From contig CM120644.1 of the NCBI GenBank assembly GCA_051362555.1, forward strand, positions 7,882,954-7,946,953: a stretch of 64,000 nucleotides of DNA, in the 5' to 3' direction. The DNA is from Lingula anatina (Eukaryota > Animalia > Brachiopoda). Position numbers and translations under genes: made by a program. Shown piece after piece: positions 1-15,034 of this stretch (its first letter is position 1; each line of letters starts with the position of its first letter). The notes beneath the pieces were generated by a model. That model had not been told where the DNA came from. It made no database searches and saw only the letters and a list, made by a program, of their open reading frames with translations.

Positions 1-637
1 AACACTAAACTTGTCATTATTTCATAATTTCTTATTGTTGTTTCACTTGAGGTTCACAACTTGCTCTGAAGCAACCCTCTTCGACTAGTTCTTATTAAAT
101 CTGCGAACGCAAGGTAACAGTAAGTGTATCGTCACGATAATATAGGCATTCTTGACCAACCCATTTCTATTTCAGCGACGTTCATGCATATTAAACGGTG
201 CAGTAACATGTAGTACATACTCATCTGGGACTGCGTTTCACTAAATAAGTCAAAGATCCTTTTTTTGCTCAGACAGATGTCAACATCAGCACACTGTTTC
301 GTTTCACAAAGAATATTTAAGGCTTCTTCGTTTTTCAGTTTTAAAGATAAATCCCAAAGAGCAAATTGTGCTCCTCTTGAAGCAAGTTTTACTCTCAGCT
401 GACTTTTATTGTGGGCCGATAGTTCGTGATACGGTCTTACAATAATTTTAGCAGTCTAAAGCCAAGCTCAAAACTAACGTTTGTGAAGAGGGTCCCAGTA
501 AACGATCCTTTAATGCCATGTTAACACAGTAAAACACAACTAAACAATTACACAATATAATAAATAACCATTCCGAAACCAATCAGTGACTTTTAAACCC
601 ACTCAGGTGAACGATGTCAATACCTCCCAAGTATAGC

Positions 638-679
<42 letters not shown>

Positions 680-1306
680 GCATGCAAATACAAAAATGGT
701 GCCGCCTTCTCGTGTACACCACATCCTATGATTCTGAGCCTTCAGCGGGCTAACTGGATCAAATTTGATTTGCTGCTAGGTTCTACGTCATTTCTCAAGC
801 TGTGTCAACAAAAAGGGTAAAAATGTTCACTCATTCAGAAAAAAGCCCCTGTTGTTGGTATATTGTCAATGGTATAGACATTGTTAACGCCAAAAGAATA
901 CACGATACCATAATAGGTTATAACCACTACTTTTTACGATTAAGAAAAAGGGTCTTCCACGGAAAAAGGTTATTCCATTCTTGGTCCAATTCACAAGGAA
1001 TGGTATAGAGGGATTCGGCGCGAAGAACGACCATCAAATTCTTTTTAAGACTCAGTACTTTCATCGTTTCACGCCCTTGTCTCGTCCTACACGTAGTTCC
1101 ATATCCCAAATAAATTTTATTTAGATGACATTTTTAACAGGTTTCTTTGTTTCAACTAGTTCGCTTTACAAGTAAATTTCGCGTAACATTGTTAACGAGT
1201 CCACCATCTTTAATAGGTGCTTGAATCATATGCTCTAAATATCTACAAAGATAAAAGACGACAGAAATAGCGTGACCGGTCCCTTTATCTGACTGACGCA
1301 GCAGTT

Positions 1307-1626
1307 TCAGGCCTACCCAACTACCAGACTCGGCACCGAATGATCCTGAATTCACTGGTAAATCGGACCACACTACCCGTTTTCAAGGTGTGTATCAGTA
1401 CGCATTTCACAGTATCAGACGCGACACCGCTCTTGCCTAGTACGCGATGTGATAGTGACGATTCTCAGCGGGGTTGAAAAGCATTGCATCACCACTCAAC
1501 ATTTTTTCAGGGTATGATACTGTGTAATGCGATCTGACACACACCTTGAAAACGGGTAGTGTGGTCTGATCTACCGGTGAATTTGAGGATCATTCGGTGC
1601 CGAGTCTGGTAGTTGGGTAGGCCTGA
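1307..1626. mobile_element. Foldback/MITE-like element with ~110-bp terminal inverted repeats
   Basis: Left arm tcaggcctacccaactaccagactcggcaccgaatgatcc...acagtatc (1307-~1416) is the near-perfect reverse complement of the right arm gatactgtg...gagtctggtagttgggtaggcctga (~1516-1626), with a ~100-bp spacer and no ORF. Confidence 0.75.
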
Positions 1627-2988
1627 GTTTGGTGATTCAGTGGAATTCAATAACCAAACAGAAGCCCACGTCATCACTTCACACTACATGTACGCATATG
1701 TTCTTGGTCTGGTTTTACAATTCCGATGTGAATAGCTCTCAATGTATAAATGTATATCACTGACAAGTCACTTTACATAATTTTAAATAAATTTTTGCGC
1801 TTTTTTTGATAAAGAAAAAATTACAGAGAAGTTTAACTTAGGAGGTAGGTGCCAGTAACTGCAAACCTCCTTCCCAGTAAACACAAACATGCCGCGACCA
1901 CGTGGTTTTTACCAGTCACTTGGTAGCCACGTGGTCCCAACGTGATTTGTTCACCGGGTTGTAATAACATGTCATAAATACTGCAAATATAAATTATTAG
2001 ACCTCGAACAGAAAAACATATAAATTCATCATCAAAACCGTGCTAAGTGATACAACCTCATTTTGAAGTTTCCCATACAATACTTACAAACAAATATAGT
2101 GGCAATGTGATGGAAAATTTACCCAAGTGTGAGATCAGCATTCGTTTTTAAAGCACTATCCTATGTTTTATATGACCTGTTAGCACAGCAACTGCTGTGA
2201 TCACCATGTTGTACTTGCCATCTTTACAAGACAGCCAAAGTTCAAAATACAGTGAATCAACATACAAATGCTAATGATGTTTTCTAGAATATGCACAATG
2301 TAATCAACATGTTCATTATCAAGGAAACAGCCTTGAAAAAAGCAAAAATTTAGCGAATATCTACCTTTGTGTGACGTTTGGTTCTTTTGAAGGAAGGACA
2401 ATGGTTTCTGGACTCTGCTATAAAAATTAACATTTGCTGTTTTAATAAAAATGTAGTTTGCCAGCTAAGTAAAGCCATTGCAAAACGTATCATTGAAGTT
2501 GCATATCAAACAAAAACGCATCTTAATATAGTACATAGTCATTTTTTTCGGCGTTTATCTTTCAAGAGTGAGGAAAATTAATAAATTAAAGAAAAACACA
2601 ACCTTTCTCATTTAAGCGCCAGCAGAGATCTGGCTTATCATTTCTTTAAAATATGAAAACATCTTGGTGCTTCAACTACTGGCATTGTGTCACTCAGCAT
2701 AGTCTTAACAATGTGTCCATATTTACAAGACAGTATACATAAATATATAACAAAATGGCACTGAAAACCTGAGCGCAAACAACAGATCTATATCAATTCA
2801 AAATTGGCTCTTTGACATTATTAATAAATGTAGTTGGTAATTTCATAGGAGAGACCAGAAAAGAGGTCATATGATACCAGAGTCCCCTCTCCTGGATATC
2901 CCCATTTAAGTTTTACCCTAATATTCCATAGTTGTTTTCGAAAGTCCAGAAGGATCTGTACCATCACACTCATATTCTAACAATATCT

Positions 2989-3023
<35 letters not shown>

Positions 3024-4112
3024 GGGGGGGGAGGGGGTAGACAAAAAGATTGGGTTTTCACACCTTTTTGAAAAACTGGAGGATGTGGAGGGGAGGGGAC
3101 AATTAACGATTCTGTAATTGGTGTAGATGGAGCAGATTCCTCTTTCTTGATCTGCCTATGTTGAGTATCATTAAATTTTCAAATTCTGTGAAATATTTGC
3201 ATAACAAAGGTGAGACAGCATATGTCACAACGTGAACAAAAATTGCATGTGTATAATTAGACATCCTAACAATATGCATATATGTACAAACTCAGTATGT
3301 GACAGGTCTGCATATGTAGCAGGTTATACAAAAAAAAACAAACAAACAAACAAAAAATAACGGTGCCATAAATAGCTACAAATATAACAAAAAGTATCAC
3401 AAAACAAATACTGAAACAGTAATATTGTCATATGTGCCAAACAATAATTATTATAAATCACAACACTGTTGGCAAGACTTTCTTTACTAAGTGTTCTCCA
3501 GAACCCTTCAAATTTGTTAAATAATCTCCTGTTCAACTACCTGAAGTTTAGTATTTGCTTTTTAACATTTGAAAATTTGAAAATTGAGCACTTTTTTAAA
3601 AACTATGTCAACTTGGTAATTAACCTAATAGTAACTGAGACTCTATGCCTTTTAAGAGGAGTTTCTAATTAAGATGGTTCCACTCAGTTCAGCACAACAT
3701 GCTTCAGCAGGCCATTCCATTGAGATTAGACCACCAAACAAACAGGTCTAATCCTTCTGTAACCCACTTCACCTTCACTCCAAGGTCAGTCTGGTGCAAT
3801 TAAGAAAGTTTCCTTTGAAGTAATTTCAGTCCGAGTCAAAACCTATAAAGTCTTTAGAACACAGGAATCTCATTGGCCCAAGGAAGAAATTGTGGCTAGT
3901 ATATATATATTACCAAACAAATTTATATATTTTACTGGCCTGGCTTCAGTTCTACGACTACAGGCATTTGGTAGGGCTCTTGCGGTCCTGAAATTGCAGT
4001 GTATCACTCTATGTATATACTGGCCTGCTGACGTAATTGTGCGTAACTGACAGCACTTGACTAGAAACATGACTGTAGATGGCAAACAACCAATAACACA
4101 AACAATATTCAA

Positions 4113-4305
4113 TGCCACAAATATGCAAAATATACAAAAAATCCTGGAGCACTAAATAATGATATCAACAAATTATTGCAATCTGAATTAATAAAGTTTG
4201 GCTCTCACATGCCACAAACATGCAAAATTTACAAAGATTCCTGGAGCACTTAATAATTCTATCAACAAATTATTGCAATCTGAGTTAACAAAGTTTGGCT
4301 CTCAC
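4113..4305. repeat. Two-copy tandem duplication (~96-bp unit) downstream of the RETSAT stop
   Basis: tgccacaaa...cctggagcact...tcaacaaattattgcaatctga...aagtttggctctcac occurs twice back to back. Confidence 0.8.
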
Positions 4306-4728
4306 GTAATACTTAATACATTGTTAGAAAAAAAAATCATCAGTATCCATGGGGGACAAAATCTCTTTCACAAGCTTAAATATCGCAAAGTGAAAATAAA
4401 AAAAAAGCACCAATCTGTGTTTGTCCAATTGAGTTGCCCCAAAGAGGATGGCAGACACCATTTAACAAGAAATGAGCACCAACAGAGGAATACTAGTCAC
4501 TTGTCTCTCCATCTTTTCCTCTTGTATATTTTCTTTTCACTCCCATTATCTCTCTTCTCCACTTATGCCTGATTTTTCCTTATGCCTAATTTTCCTACAA
4601 AACTAACAGACACTTTTTCTAAACTTTCCTCTTCTGTCAAACCACCTTTATCCTTTACTTCTTCGTCCATTCATTTCTCACTAATTTATACAATGTCTTT
4701 ACCCATTTCTCGTTGTTTCAGTGCGCCT

Positions 4729-6320
4729 TCATTCCTCCAACTCGATCTCTTTTTTGTCTCTCTTTTGGCCGAAGAGCTGCTTTTTGAGTATCAGGTCAAT
4801 GAACACCAGCCTGTTCAGCGCAGCAGAGGATGCCAGGATGCCTGCAAACAGAGCGCCAGCAAACCCACAGGAGAAGACATCTTGACCTGAATTATATAAT
4901 GTGGGAATTGAGGAAATTTTAAATCTGATTACACTGAAGCAAAGGAAGAAGGAAGAGAGAGAGAGAGAGATCGATTTCACATGCATTTTTGAGATAAATG
5001 ACTCCCATTTTCTATTACTCACACACAATGACTTAACTTATTTATTGCTACGCAATTCATCATCCAACTCACAAGTTTATAACTTGAAGAAAATTGAATG
5101 ACCTTTTTAACATGACACCCTGGCTGTTTCCCCATCAACTTACCAGTCAAGATAAGGCCTGGTATATCTGTCTGTGCCCTAACATGAGAGGTCATCTCAG
5201 GTGAGAACCTTGAGAAGTCGTGCTCCAGTCCGTAGATCTCACCCCTTGGAGTACCCAAGTAGAACTTGTTGGACAGAGGAGTGCCAACGTCAAAATACTC
5301 CACCTAGGATACAAGGTGTGAAGAATGTATGGTACGTCTTACAGAAAGCCAGTTGGGGGGGGGGGGGGGGGGGGGGGGGGGTAGTAAAAGTTGCTGTAAT
5401 ATGATTTCTATCTGAAAAACAACTGGTAGCAGTATTCAAATTTGCATGCATCTAACACACTTGTACTACAGCTGTTATAGTGCAATTCAAATTCAAATTT
5501 ATCAATTTATATCAACTTGTAATGTATTATCTTTCAAACTAGCTCATCTTTCAAACCATTATAATTTGTTTTCCAAATTACTTTTTCTTCTTTTTTTTCA
5601 TAGCCTAAAACTTAAAAAAAATAAAAATAAAAAATAACCTCCTGTATTTTACCTTATCTGCCAACTGAGGAAACTTCCTCAAACACTGCTCCCATGCCTG
5701 ATCAGCAAACTTCTTCTTCAAGCCTTCGTAGTCCTCCCCTCTGTGCATGATCCTCTGATCCTCCCACCGGGAAAACCACTCCCAATTCACCAGGGTGATC
5801 ACAGTGCAAACAGACTGACCTAGAAAACAGTTGAAATAATTTATCATTTTTGTCATTTTCAAACAAACCTCGAATTTTGAGAAAATTATTGGCTATGATT
5901 AATAATTATTTCTCATGGTATGGCGTAAACGTGAGTCACCCAGTACAAGCTATCTAGATTCTAGTTAGAGTTAAAAGGAAAAACATACCAACACCACTCC
6001 CACGTTGGGTAGTGTGGATATAATTATTAAAGGTGTCAAGAAAATTAGTTTTAGGATTTGAAAGCAGCAGGATAATTGTGGGGCAAAGAGATTTTCATTG
6101 GAACCAGTCAATGTGTTTTGTGTTGAGAACTGTCACACCTAACACATTCTACATGCCTTTATATTAAACAATGCTTTTCCAGCACATAAAAACACCTACT
6201 AGTCAAACTACTTCCATGTGTTAAAACTGAAATCTAGAAATATTTAAAATGTCTCCCACAAAGATAAACTTTAATTCATACAAATTCTATATCATTATGC
6301 TACTGTTTGATGTCGTTGTT

Positions 6321-6355
<35 letters not shown>

Positions 6356-8538
6356 GCACACACACACAAATCAGATGGAATCATTAGGTTCAAGATAATA
6401 GTTATTATAATAGTTTACCTGGGTATCTCTGTTGCCAAGTTGGATCTTTAGCTGAAGGAAAAGATGCAAACACTATGGGGGTCTCGGCTGTGCAGGCTTC
6501 TTGGGCTGTCATGGCTAGATAGTCTGTGAAACTGCGATCTACATCATCACTACAACAAATATGGATAAAAACATCCTTTATGTAAACATAGCTATTACAA
6601 ACAATCCTGAACCCCATTATACTTTAACCTTTACAGCTGAACTGCACTCAAGGGATTGGGTCCAAATAGCAAACAGTTCTCACTTCAATCAATATTGTTT
6701 CATTAATTTGTCTTAAACCCTGTGATGGGAAATCATAAGAAAATGCTAAGTTTATCTAGTCTGAGTGCTACTTTCACATACAAATAAATTCTCTAAATAA
6801 ATAAAATCAAACTGAACATCACACATTACTGTAAAAATGTTTCCTTGATTACAATAATAAATAAATAAATAAATTAAAATAAAAATGATGACAATAACTG
6901 TTAGATACTGTACTCCAGATCAGCGAAAAATCAATAACAGTATGAAATAGCATCTCTGCAGCATATTAAGGTGATCTCAGCAGTTCTTCTCTGGCATTGA
7001 TTTTTACCCACCACACTACATTAGCCCAGTGAAAACTAAACTAATTCCAGATACTCACTGACAATTAGTGACTCGTGATGAACATTTTCCATTTCCTAAA
7101 ACATTTCCTATCATTAAATACTAGGCAGGAAAATCAACATGAAGTCTAGTATTTTTGAAGACTTGGTAATCAATATTGCCACAATCAAGTGATAATTAAG
7201 AAGAGGTAAGAGAAAAAAAAATGCTTTCAGAAATGGTTATCACAAATCGGAAAGAGCCAAATTAATGTCACCAAATAATCTGACTGCTCACAGAGGAATA
7301 TCAAATTCAGAATCTGTACAAATTGGGCACAATGATTTATTTCCTTAAATATTTAAGTTTGTCTGGAAGGTCATAAACTGAAACACTTTAAATTTATTGA
7401 CTGATTAAACATTTCATCACTGAATTAATCTTTTAAGTTTTTTAGTGAACAATGTCTTAATGTGTTTTAGTTACTTTTATCCCTCTTATATAGTGAATGC
7501 ACAATCCAATTTTTAGTTGCAAAATTGATTATTATCATTATTGTTATTATTGTAAGTCCTGACCATAATCATGGTTTCATCTTTTCAACACTTATTCTCA
7601 TTTAAATTTTATCTTATTATATCTTACTATCACTATATCATTTCACTTAAAATTAATTATTATGTATTTATTTATTTATCAATCTATTTAATATAGTCCC
7701 ATTATTATCCCTGCATGATGAAAACATCAATACTTGCTACCAGCCAGTATTCAAGAATGAGAGCTCCAAAGAAAAGCACCTGTCAAACAGCCACTACATC
7801 ATGTACTACATTGCTGCTGTATCGCCTCTCACCGTTACAGTACCAAGTACTTCCTTATCCTTTATCTAAGATCAATAATACACACCCTACCAACTTGGTG
7901 AAAAAACAGGTAGATATGGGTATAATTCCTATTGAAATCTACATGTTAACTAGTGTCTCGGTTCTAAATAATCCAAAATCCTGTTTACCTTGAATAGATG
8001 AAATGATTCGCTGGAGACAGCTTCAACTCCTCAGTCGTCCCCTTGAGACCAACAAACAGCAGCATGGCCGTAGCACCAGGTTTTTGAGCTAAATCTCTCA
8101 GTGGCTTGTAGTACTCTGAAACAGAAAATTTAGAAATAGGACCAACAGGGACGAGACTGCCATGAAGTGAAAAAGTCTAACAATATGGTATGGGATGCAG
8201 GGGGCCGGCTGCATGGATCTCAAAACTGATATTTTTGGCTCCCAAAACATTGGACATGTCATTACTGGCATGTGTTGTCTACTTCTGTTTTAACATGCCT
8301 TAATAAGAACTTGAAATAAATAGGAACAGTCTTCAAAAGTCAAGGCACCCATGCAATTTGATTGTTTTTTTTTTTTCTTGCCACTTGAACTGGCGAACAG
8401 CTGCCACAGTAAATGAGCAATAGAACAAAGGAATTATTTGAACATTGAGTGAATGGAATGAAAGAAAAAAGATGATTGAAAAAAAGTATGCAAAATATTA
8501 ATTAACGAAACAAACCAGAAGTAAATTCTATATATATA

Positions 8539-8581
<43 letters not shown>

Positions 8582-9405
8582 ATGAAGCAAAAAGGAATGA
8601 AGAAGAAAATAAACTCACTAGACTTGAGCATTACTTCTCTTGGCAACAGTGACTCAAATGTGTTCCATAATCCTGCATCAGAGATCACAGTAGGGGCAAA
8701 GATGTTCACTTCCTCCTTATTCTTTGTCACACACACACCTGACGGACAAATCAAACAATATGATAAGATACCTGTTGTTGCACAGCATACTAATTAATAT
8801 CTACCAGTAGTCTAGGTCTCATTAAACACCTGGTACCCTACTGTTGATTGAAAATATTAAGCTTATTGGTAAAACCAAGAATGATACTTATGTGCCACAT
8901 GTGGATATACACATAAAATAATGAAAAAAATAGACAAATTTCAGTTTTCACTTCGTTAAAGTGATAATAACTCTTCGTTTCGGCCAAATAATGAATTTTC
9001 CTGGAGTAAACAACAATTTTCCCATACTTACCAATGGTTAATGAATCCATTTTTACATTCAAAGTTAGTCCCTGGTTTTTTTCTAAAAAGTTTGGTTTTT
9101 TGTTAAAATCTCTTAAGAGATTTTAACAGAGTATAGCCATCAATGGAGGTCACGTGGTCTAAAGACAAGCTCAGATATCAGAATAATAGCTATAACAGCC
9201 GTTTTTGTGGGAAAACAGAATATATTATACTTTTATGAGTAACTCACAATGTTTTTATTGTGAAATACAGATTTCATACGAAGAGTTATTATCCCTTTAA
9301 GTTATTAGTTTATTTGATTTGCTTATAATATCTAAACTATTTTAATTGTGTAATTTCATCATATCTAATTTATAGATAATATAGTGTAATCTGTTATGTA
9401 ACAAA

Positions 9406-9454
<49 letters not shown>

Positions 9455-10195
9455 TGCTGTAAATCAGAATTTATTTGAACTGCAATTTATGGCATTAATT
9501 GGTATCACGGTCATACTGTTAATTCATATAGGTTACTTCACTGACATTTAAAATTCTGCCACAAATATTTTACTTTCAGTACTATTGTTCAGAAACTTTA
9601 CCTCCAACTATACAACATACATATGCACACAGACATGCACACACATTCTCTACATCGCACTAGTTTCCATGAGACCATCTTGATGAAAAATACATGGCAA
9701 AGGTGCAGACTGGAAGCATAATTTCCTTGAATTAACATCTCACCTGTGACTTTTCCCTCCAAATCTAAGAGTATTTTACTGACAGGTGCCCTCACCAGCA
9801 CCCCTCCTCCAGACTCCTCTATGGTGGGGATGAGACAGTGGGCGATCTCACTAGTGCCCCCTACTGGGTAGTAAGAACCGTTCTTCACAAAGTGGTTCAG
9901 CACCGTAGCATGAGTAAAGAAGGAGCTGTACTTCGGGAGAGTCCCTAGAATAAAATAGTTATTACATACTGTACATGCCCAAATCAGTAAAACAGTGGGA
10001 ATTTAGGTGCAGAAAGCATGAAGAGAATTTGGCTAATCATAAGTGTGCAAAGTAAGTTCTGAAAATCACTTCTAATCATACCGATGACATTTAAGACATA
10101 CATACATACAACATAATTTATCATCTGAAATATTGGTCAGTGTATAACAAGGTGTAATAACAATTGCCCTGTATTAGATTGTAGCAATTTACAGG

Positions 10196-10226
<31 letters not shown>

Positions 10227-12876
10227 TATACTAGTATATATATATATATATATATATAAATTGTCGGTCATTACTAACATGGAAACAGTATCTCACCATA
10301 GTCTGCGAAGACATACGCAAAGACAGTCTGAAGTGTTTTGTTGTCTGTGAGCCCCTGGATAACATCCAATGTATTCTTTTGGGTCAGCAAAATATACCTA
10401 TTGATGAGTCCTGATTTTATGAGCAGCCAAGACACCCAGGTGGGCAGCATTTTGAGGATGCCGCAGGGCCAACTGTATGCACGGGCCTCCTGAATTGAAA
10501 AAACTATTAAAGGCATGTCGTTCACCCCAGAAAACTTAAAGGGGAGTCTAGTGTTCTTTTTGGCCAAAATTAAATGGATTTTTTCTTGGGTAAATGACGA
10601 TTTTTCCAACACTTGCCAATTGTTTAATAAATCCATTCCGACATTCAAAGTTAGCCCATTTTTTTCTAAAAGTTTGGTTTTTGTAATAATCTCAAACCTC
10701 TTAAGAGATTATTACGGAGGTTTAGCCATCTATAAAGGTCCATGTGGTCTGATGACAAGCATAGATTCTAGAATAAACGCGATAGCTGCTCATTTGGTGG
10801 TAAAATTAATTGTATACGATATAAGACATCACAACAATATTCAGTATTACTCAGTTAAACAGGATAATTTATATATATGTTATATTATCAGGTAAGTAGA
10901 ACTTGCCTCCAATAGATCAACAAATCCACATATTGCCTTCTCCTCCTGTGGGAAATGTTGAAGCAGTGTTTCTTTATAGCCCTCAAACCCACCACCAACT
11001 ATTGGGATTTTGGTCGACCGAGTCTTGGAGGAATCCACATGGACCTGAAAAGGGCAGACAATGTCACGATCAATATGAGAAGCTGAGGAACTGAACCAGA
11101 CTTTTTAGCTCAAGCTCTTAAGGGCCAACCATTTTATCATCATTTTTAAAAGTCTGTAAACCATTTTCTGGTGGGGGAGAAGAGAGTAAGTGCCCTCTGT
11201 ACACTTTTGGAAATATAACAAAAATGATGATTTTCACCCAAAGGGGTGTGCTGGCTAAGGTTTTTAACCTGCACCTTGTACTCTCTGAAGGCTGGGGAAG
11301 GTTTGGAAAGTCTCATCTTTGTAGACTTGTGAAAATGATGATAAAAATGGATGTCCCCTTAGTCAATATGTTAAACATGTTAATTATTTCTGCTTGTTAT
11401 ATCGCACCTTCTCATACACAAGGCTATTTGATGTGAATCTAACATTTTTTACCAATAAAGACCCATGCCCCTATCTTCCATGTACAAATAAATTGTAAAT
11501 TTGCCATGTATGTAAACAAAGCATTCAATAAAAATGTTATTCTACTATGAATGCAATGTAAACATCCCATTGTGAATATTGTGTGAATTTTCTGCACGCC
11601 CTGAAGCATATAATTTACTGTGTGCATGCAGGTCTTGGAAAGAAAATGATATTTCAAAACCAATCTTTATTTCTTGTCCTATTTTTAATAAAAAGCAAGC
11701 TCACAACTTGCCCTTCAAATGAATACAGAAAATGCTGCTTATGCAATCCCATTTATATGAGATACATTACTACAATTATTTATATCGATGGTGACAAAGA
11801 GAGCACAGGGTTATAATCATCCTTCGGCAGCATTATTAAGATAAGAAAGAAAAGAAAAGAAAATTTATACCATTTCCTTCTCTATCATTGGCTGAATGAT
11901 CATTGCCAGTTAAGATGAAATTACCTACATGTAGCATTTTGAACTGTCCAGCCATCATTTGGACGGCCACAATTAGTGCTAACATCCCACTGCTTTGAAA
12001 CTTTCATGCTTTTTTATATTAATTCTAATCGTGAGGAATCCAAATATCACACTGATAAAAATGCTAAAGCATTTCAAGATGCTTATGGTAAAAGCAAGGG
12101 AATAAGGACCCCTCCCCTCTCCTCACTGGTTTTTCCCACATGAAATACCTACATAATCAAAGGTATCTGACAGCTTGTGCCACTCTAGATTGTTGTCTGT
12201 GAGGTAATCAAGAAGGAGCCTCATGTCACTGCCATCTTGCATGCCCCCAATGTAGTGAATACCTGGCAATGAGAGAGATTATAGACATAATGAGAGAGAT
12301 TATAGACAGAGGTATTATAAACAGTATAGTTACATGACTACAGAAAAGGCAGGGTTTCAAAAAATGGGCCGCAATATTCTGTTTATCCTTTCAGCTGCCT
12401 TAAATATTGAGGACAAACATGCAGCCATCTTGGGGTGTTTTGCGTTTTTTCTGTAGGTCTCGGATAATTTTCCTACAACCTTTACTATTGTCAGTAATTC
12501 TTTTGTAATATGCTTCAAGGCCAAAATTCCAAAGGTGATTTTATATAGCCAGCACACTGCATGAAAAAAATTAGTCTTTAAAAAGCCCCAGATACACGAG
12601 TTCTTTGGAAAAAAAACACCTTTCAGTTTCTTCATTTATAAAATAATAAAACTTGTGAGAAAAAAGTTAAATATTCGATATTATCACATGAATACACTCA
12701 TTGTAAATGGGCATACTGCATTATTGTCCCTCACAGTCTCACTGCTGCGACAGAATGATACAAATCAGTCACACGTTGTACTGTGCATGTATACAGCAAG
12801 GATGTACATATGTTGCATGAGATTAGGTTCACTATTACATAAGAATTCTGATTAGGTTTTAATCTCTCAGGCATTG

Positions 12877-12917
<41 letters not shown>

Positions 12918-15003
12918 TATATATTGTGGGGAGAGGTGCAAATATATGGTAGATATAATGAAGTGATAAACTGCTGGTATTACAGACATATACAGGTGAC
13001 ACATAACTGCCTAACACCTTTTAAGTCACATAAATTATGATCTGACTAAAACTGTATTGTTTGTGTGAAAAGGAAGTAATCTAGCCAATACATGTAGCTT
13101 TATAAAGCTACAGTCATGTAATACAACACAATACAATACTATAAAAAACAATACAAGAAAATATAAGCCTGCCATTCTGTCGTTTACCTGTGTCAAATTC
13201 ATACCCCTTTTCGTGAAATGTATGACAGCTACCGCCAGCTTGGTCGTGTTGTTCCAGGACAAGAACTCTCTTGCCTGCCTTAGACAAGATGGCGGCTGAG
13301 GAGAGACCACCGATTCCGCTCCCGATCACAATGGCATCTAGATTCTGTGGGATTTTCTTTGTAGCAAAACCTGAAATTGATTACATCTTGCTGAATTTTT
13401 TATTTGATTTTGTAAAGAGATTTTCTTTGTAAAGGAACCTGAAATAGGTGAAATGGCAGAGTTTTAGGGTGCATTCCCAGAGATTTAGAGCGATCCAGAG
13501 ATTAAGATTTAGATCGACCTAACTCCCTGAAGGTTCACCCTAAATTGCACTCAGCCGAGCGCACACCATAGTTAATTACCTCCTTACAGCTTTTAGTAGG
13601 CGGGACAGAGGCTTAAGCCGGCTAAGCTGACAGTAATCTAGTGAGACTTCCCATAGGGATAGATCGATCTAAAATCTATGGGAATGGGGTCTTAGACAAA
13701 TTCTTCCCTTCCAAGGTTTTTCCCTGAGAGACCAATCCAGACGTCATCTGGAAGGCCATTTACCTAAGAGGACAAACATTTTTTTAAAATGTTTCTTTCA
13801 GTTTTTTAATTCTTTTTAATAAGTATATATTGGAATTTTATCATGATTTTTAATTATATCCATCAAAATTCTCATTTCTATCAACTAGTGATTTTATTTG
13901 ACTGTGTCGTTATGCCTTTGTATTTATCCAACCCTTTATTGGTTGTCAATAATAATAATAATAATAATAATACAGGAACTGTACAGAAAGGAATATCAAA
14001 CTACATACACCCATGCTACGATATTATCTACCAGTAATTAAGCAATATTTAACTGGGTATGATCAAAATATGTAGCAGATGGATGAACAAGATTTTACAT
14101 ACAAGTGCAAGCTGGCATGTACTCTGACAGAGAGATATGAAGTGTGACTACCCTGTACTAAATGTTAATTACATGTAGATATTTCAAAGTCACAACATAT
14201 TCTGACAATTAGGCCATGTAATGTACTCAATTCTGGCCACATCGAATCCACTTAAGATCTACTGGTATGAGACCTTATAATCTTACAAAAATATATTTAG
14301 AAAGGGGTTTGAATTTTCAGATTTATTACCGTACACTTATTAATTGCTGTATACTAATTATTGTGAACAAGTTCCCTTAGGTAATTAGCATAATTCCACT
14401 CTGAGTTAATCATCTGTCCCTAGGTTTACAGCGTGTATTCATAGGCATAGGCATCAGCAAGCTGGGGAGCCCAGATACTGGGGCAGAGAGAGCTTAAAAC
14501 AAAGACTTCTCATATGAGCACATAAAATCTTTCATTTAGCATTGATCTGCAAACAAATAAAGGAGATCTTCCAATGAAGGAAAATTCCCATCTCTGGTAC
14601 TGCGTGGAACAAGGGAAAAGATTGTTTATTACTGGGCAGGCAAAGAAATACTACCACTGATCCATCAGATAGCACATTTCATGTTCAGATCTTTAAGAAA
14701 GATTATATATACAATTTATATCTATAAATCTTGAAAGACTGTTGGTGTTGGGGTAAGATACATTTATAGTTTTTAAAAAAGAATGCCGATTGCGTAGCAA
14801 ATGGTCCTTAATAGGCAATTTAACTTCAGCATAACTCACTTAATGTGGCATTAAAAACCCTCCATGGTTTCTCCTTCAGATACAAATGTGAGACTTGTTA
14901 ATTTTTAGCCAAGAGACAAGGGTTGCCAAATGAAAGGCAAAACAGTATTTTAGCCACACAAAAACGGATGTTTCATTTGCATATTGTCTCTTCCTCCAAG
15001 ACA

Positions 15004-15034
<31 letters not shown>

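Noticed and set aside
226-498. Possible MITE bounded by ctggga...tcccag
   Set aside because: Inverted match is too short and degenerate to call without a repeat library.
680-1380. Cluster of short ORFs at the window start
   Set aside because: No recognisable homology or consistent exon phases; could be UTR of a gene outside the window but cannot be supported.
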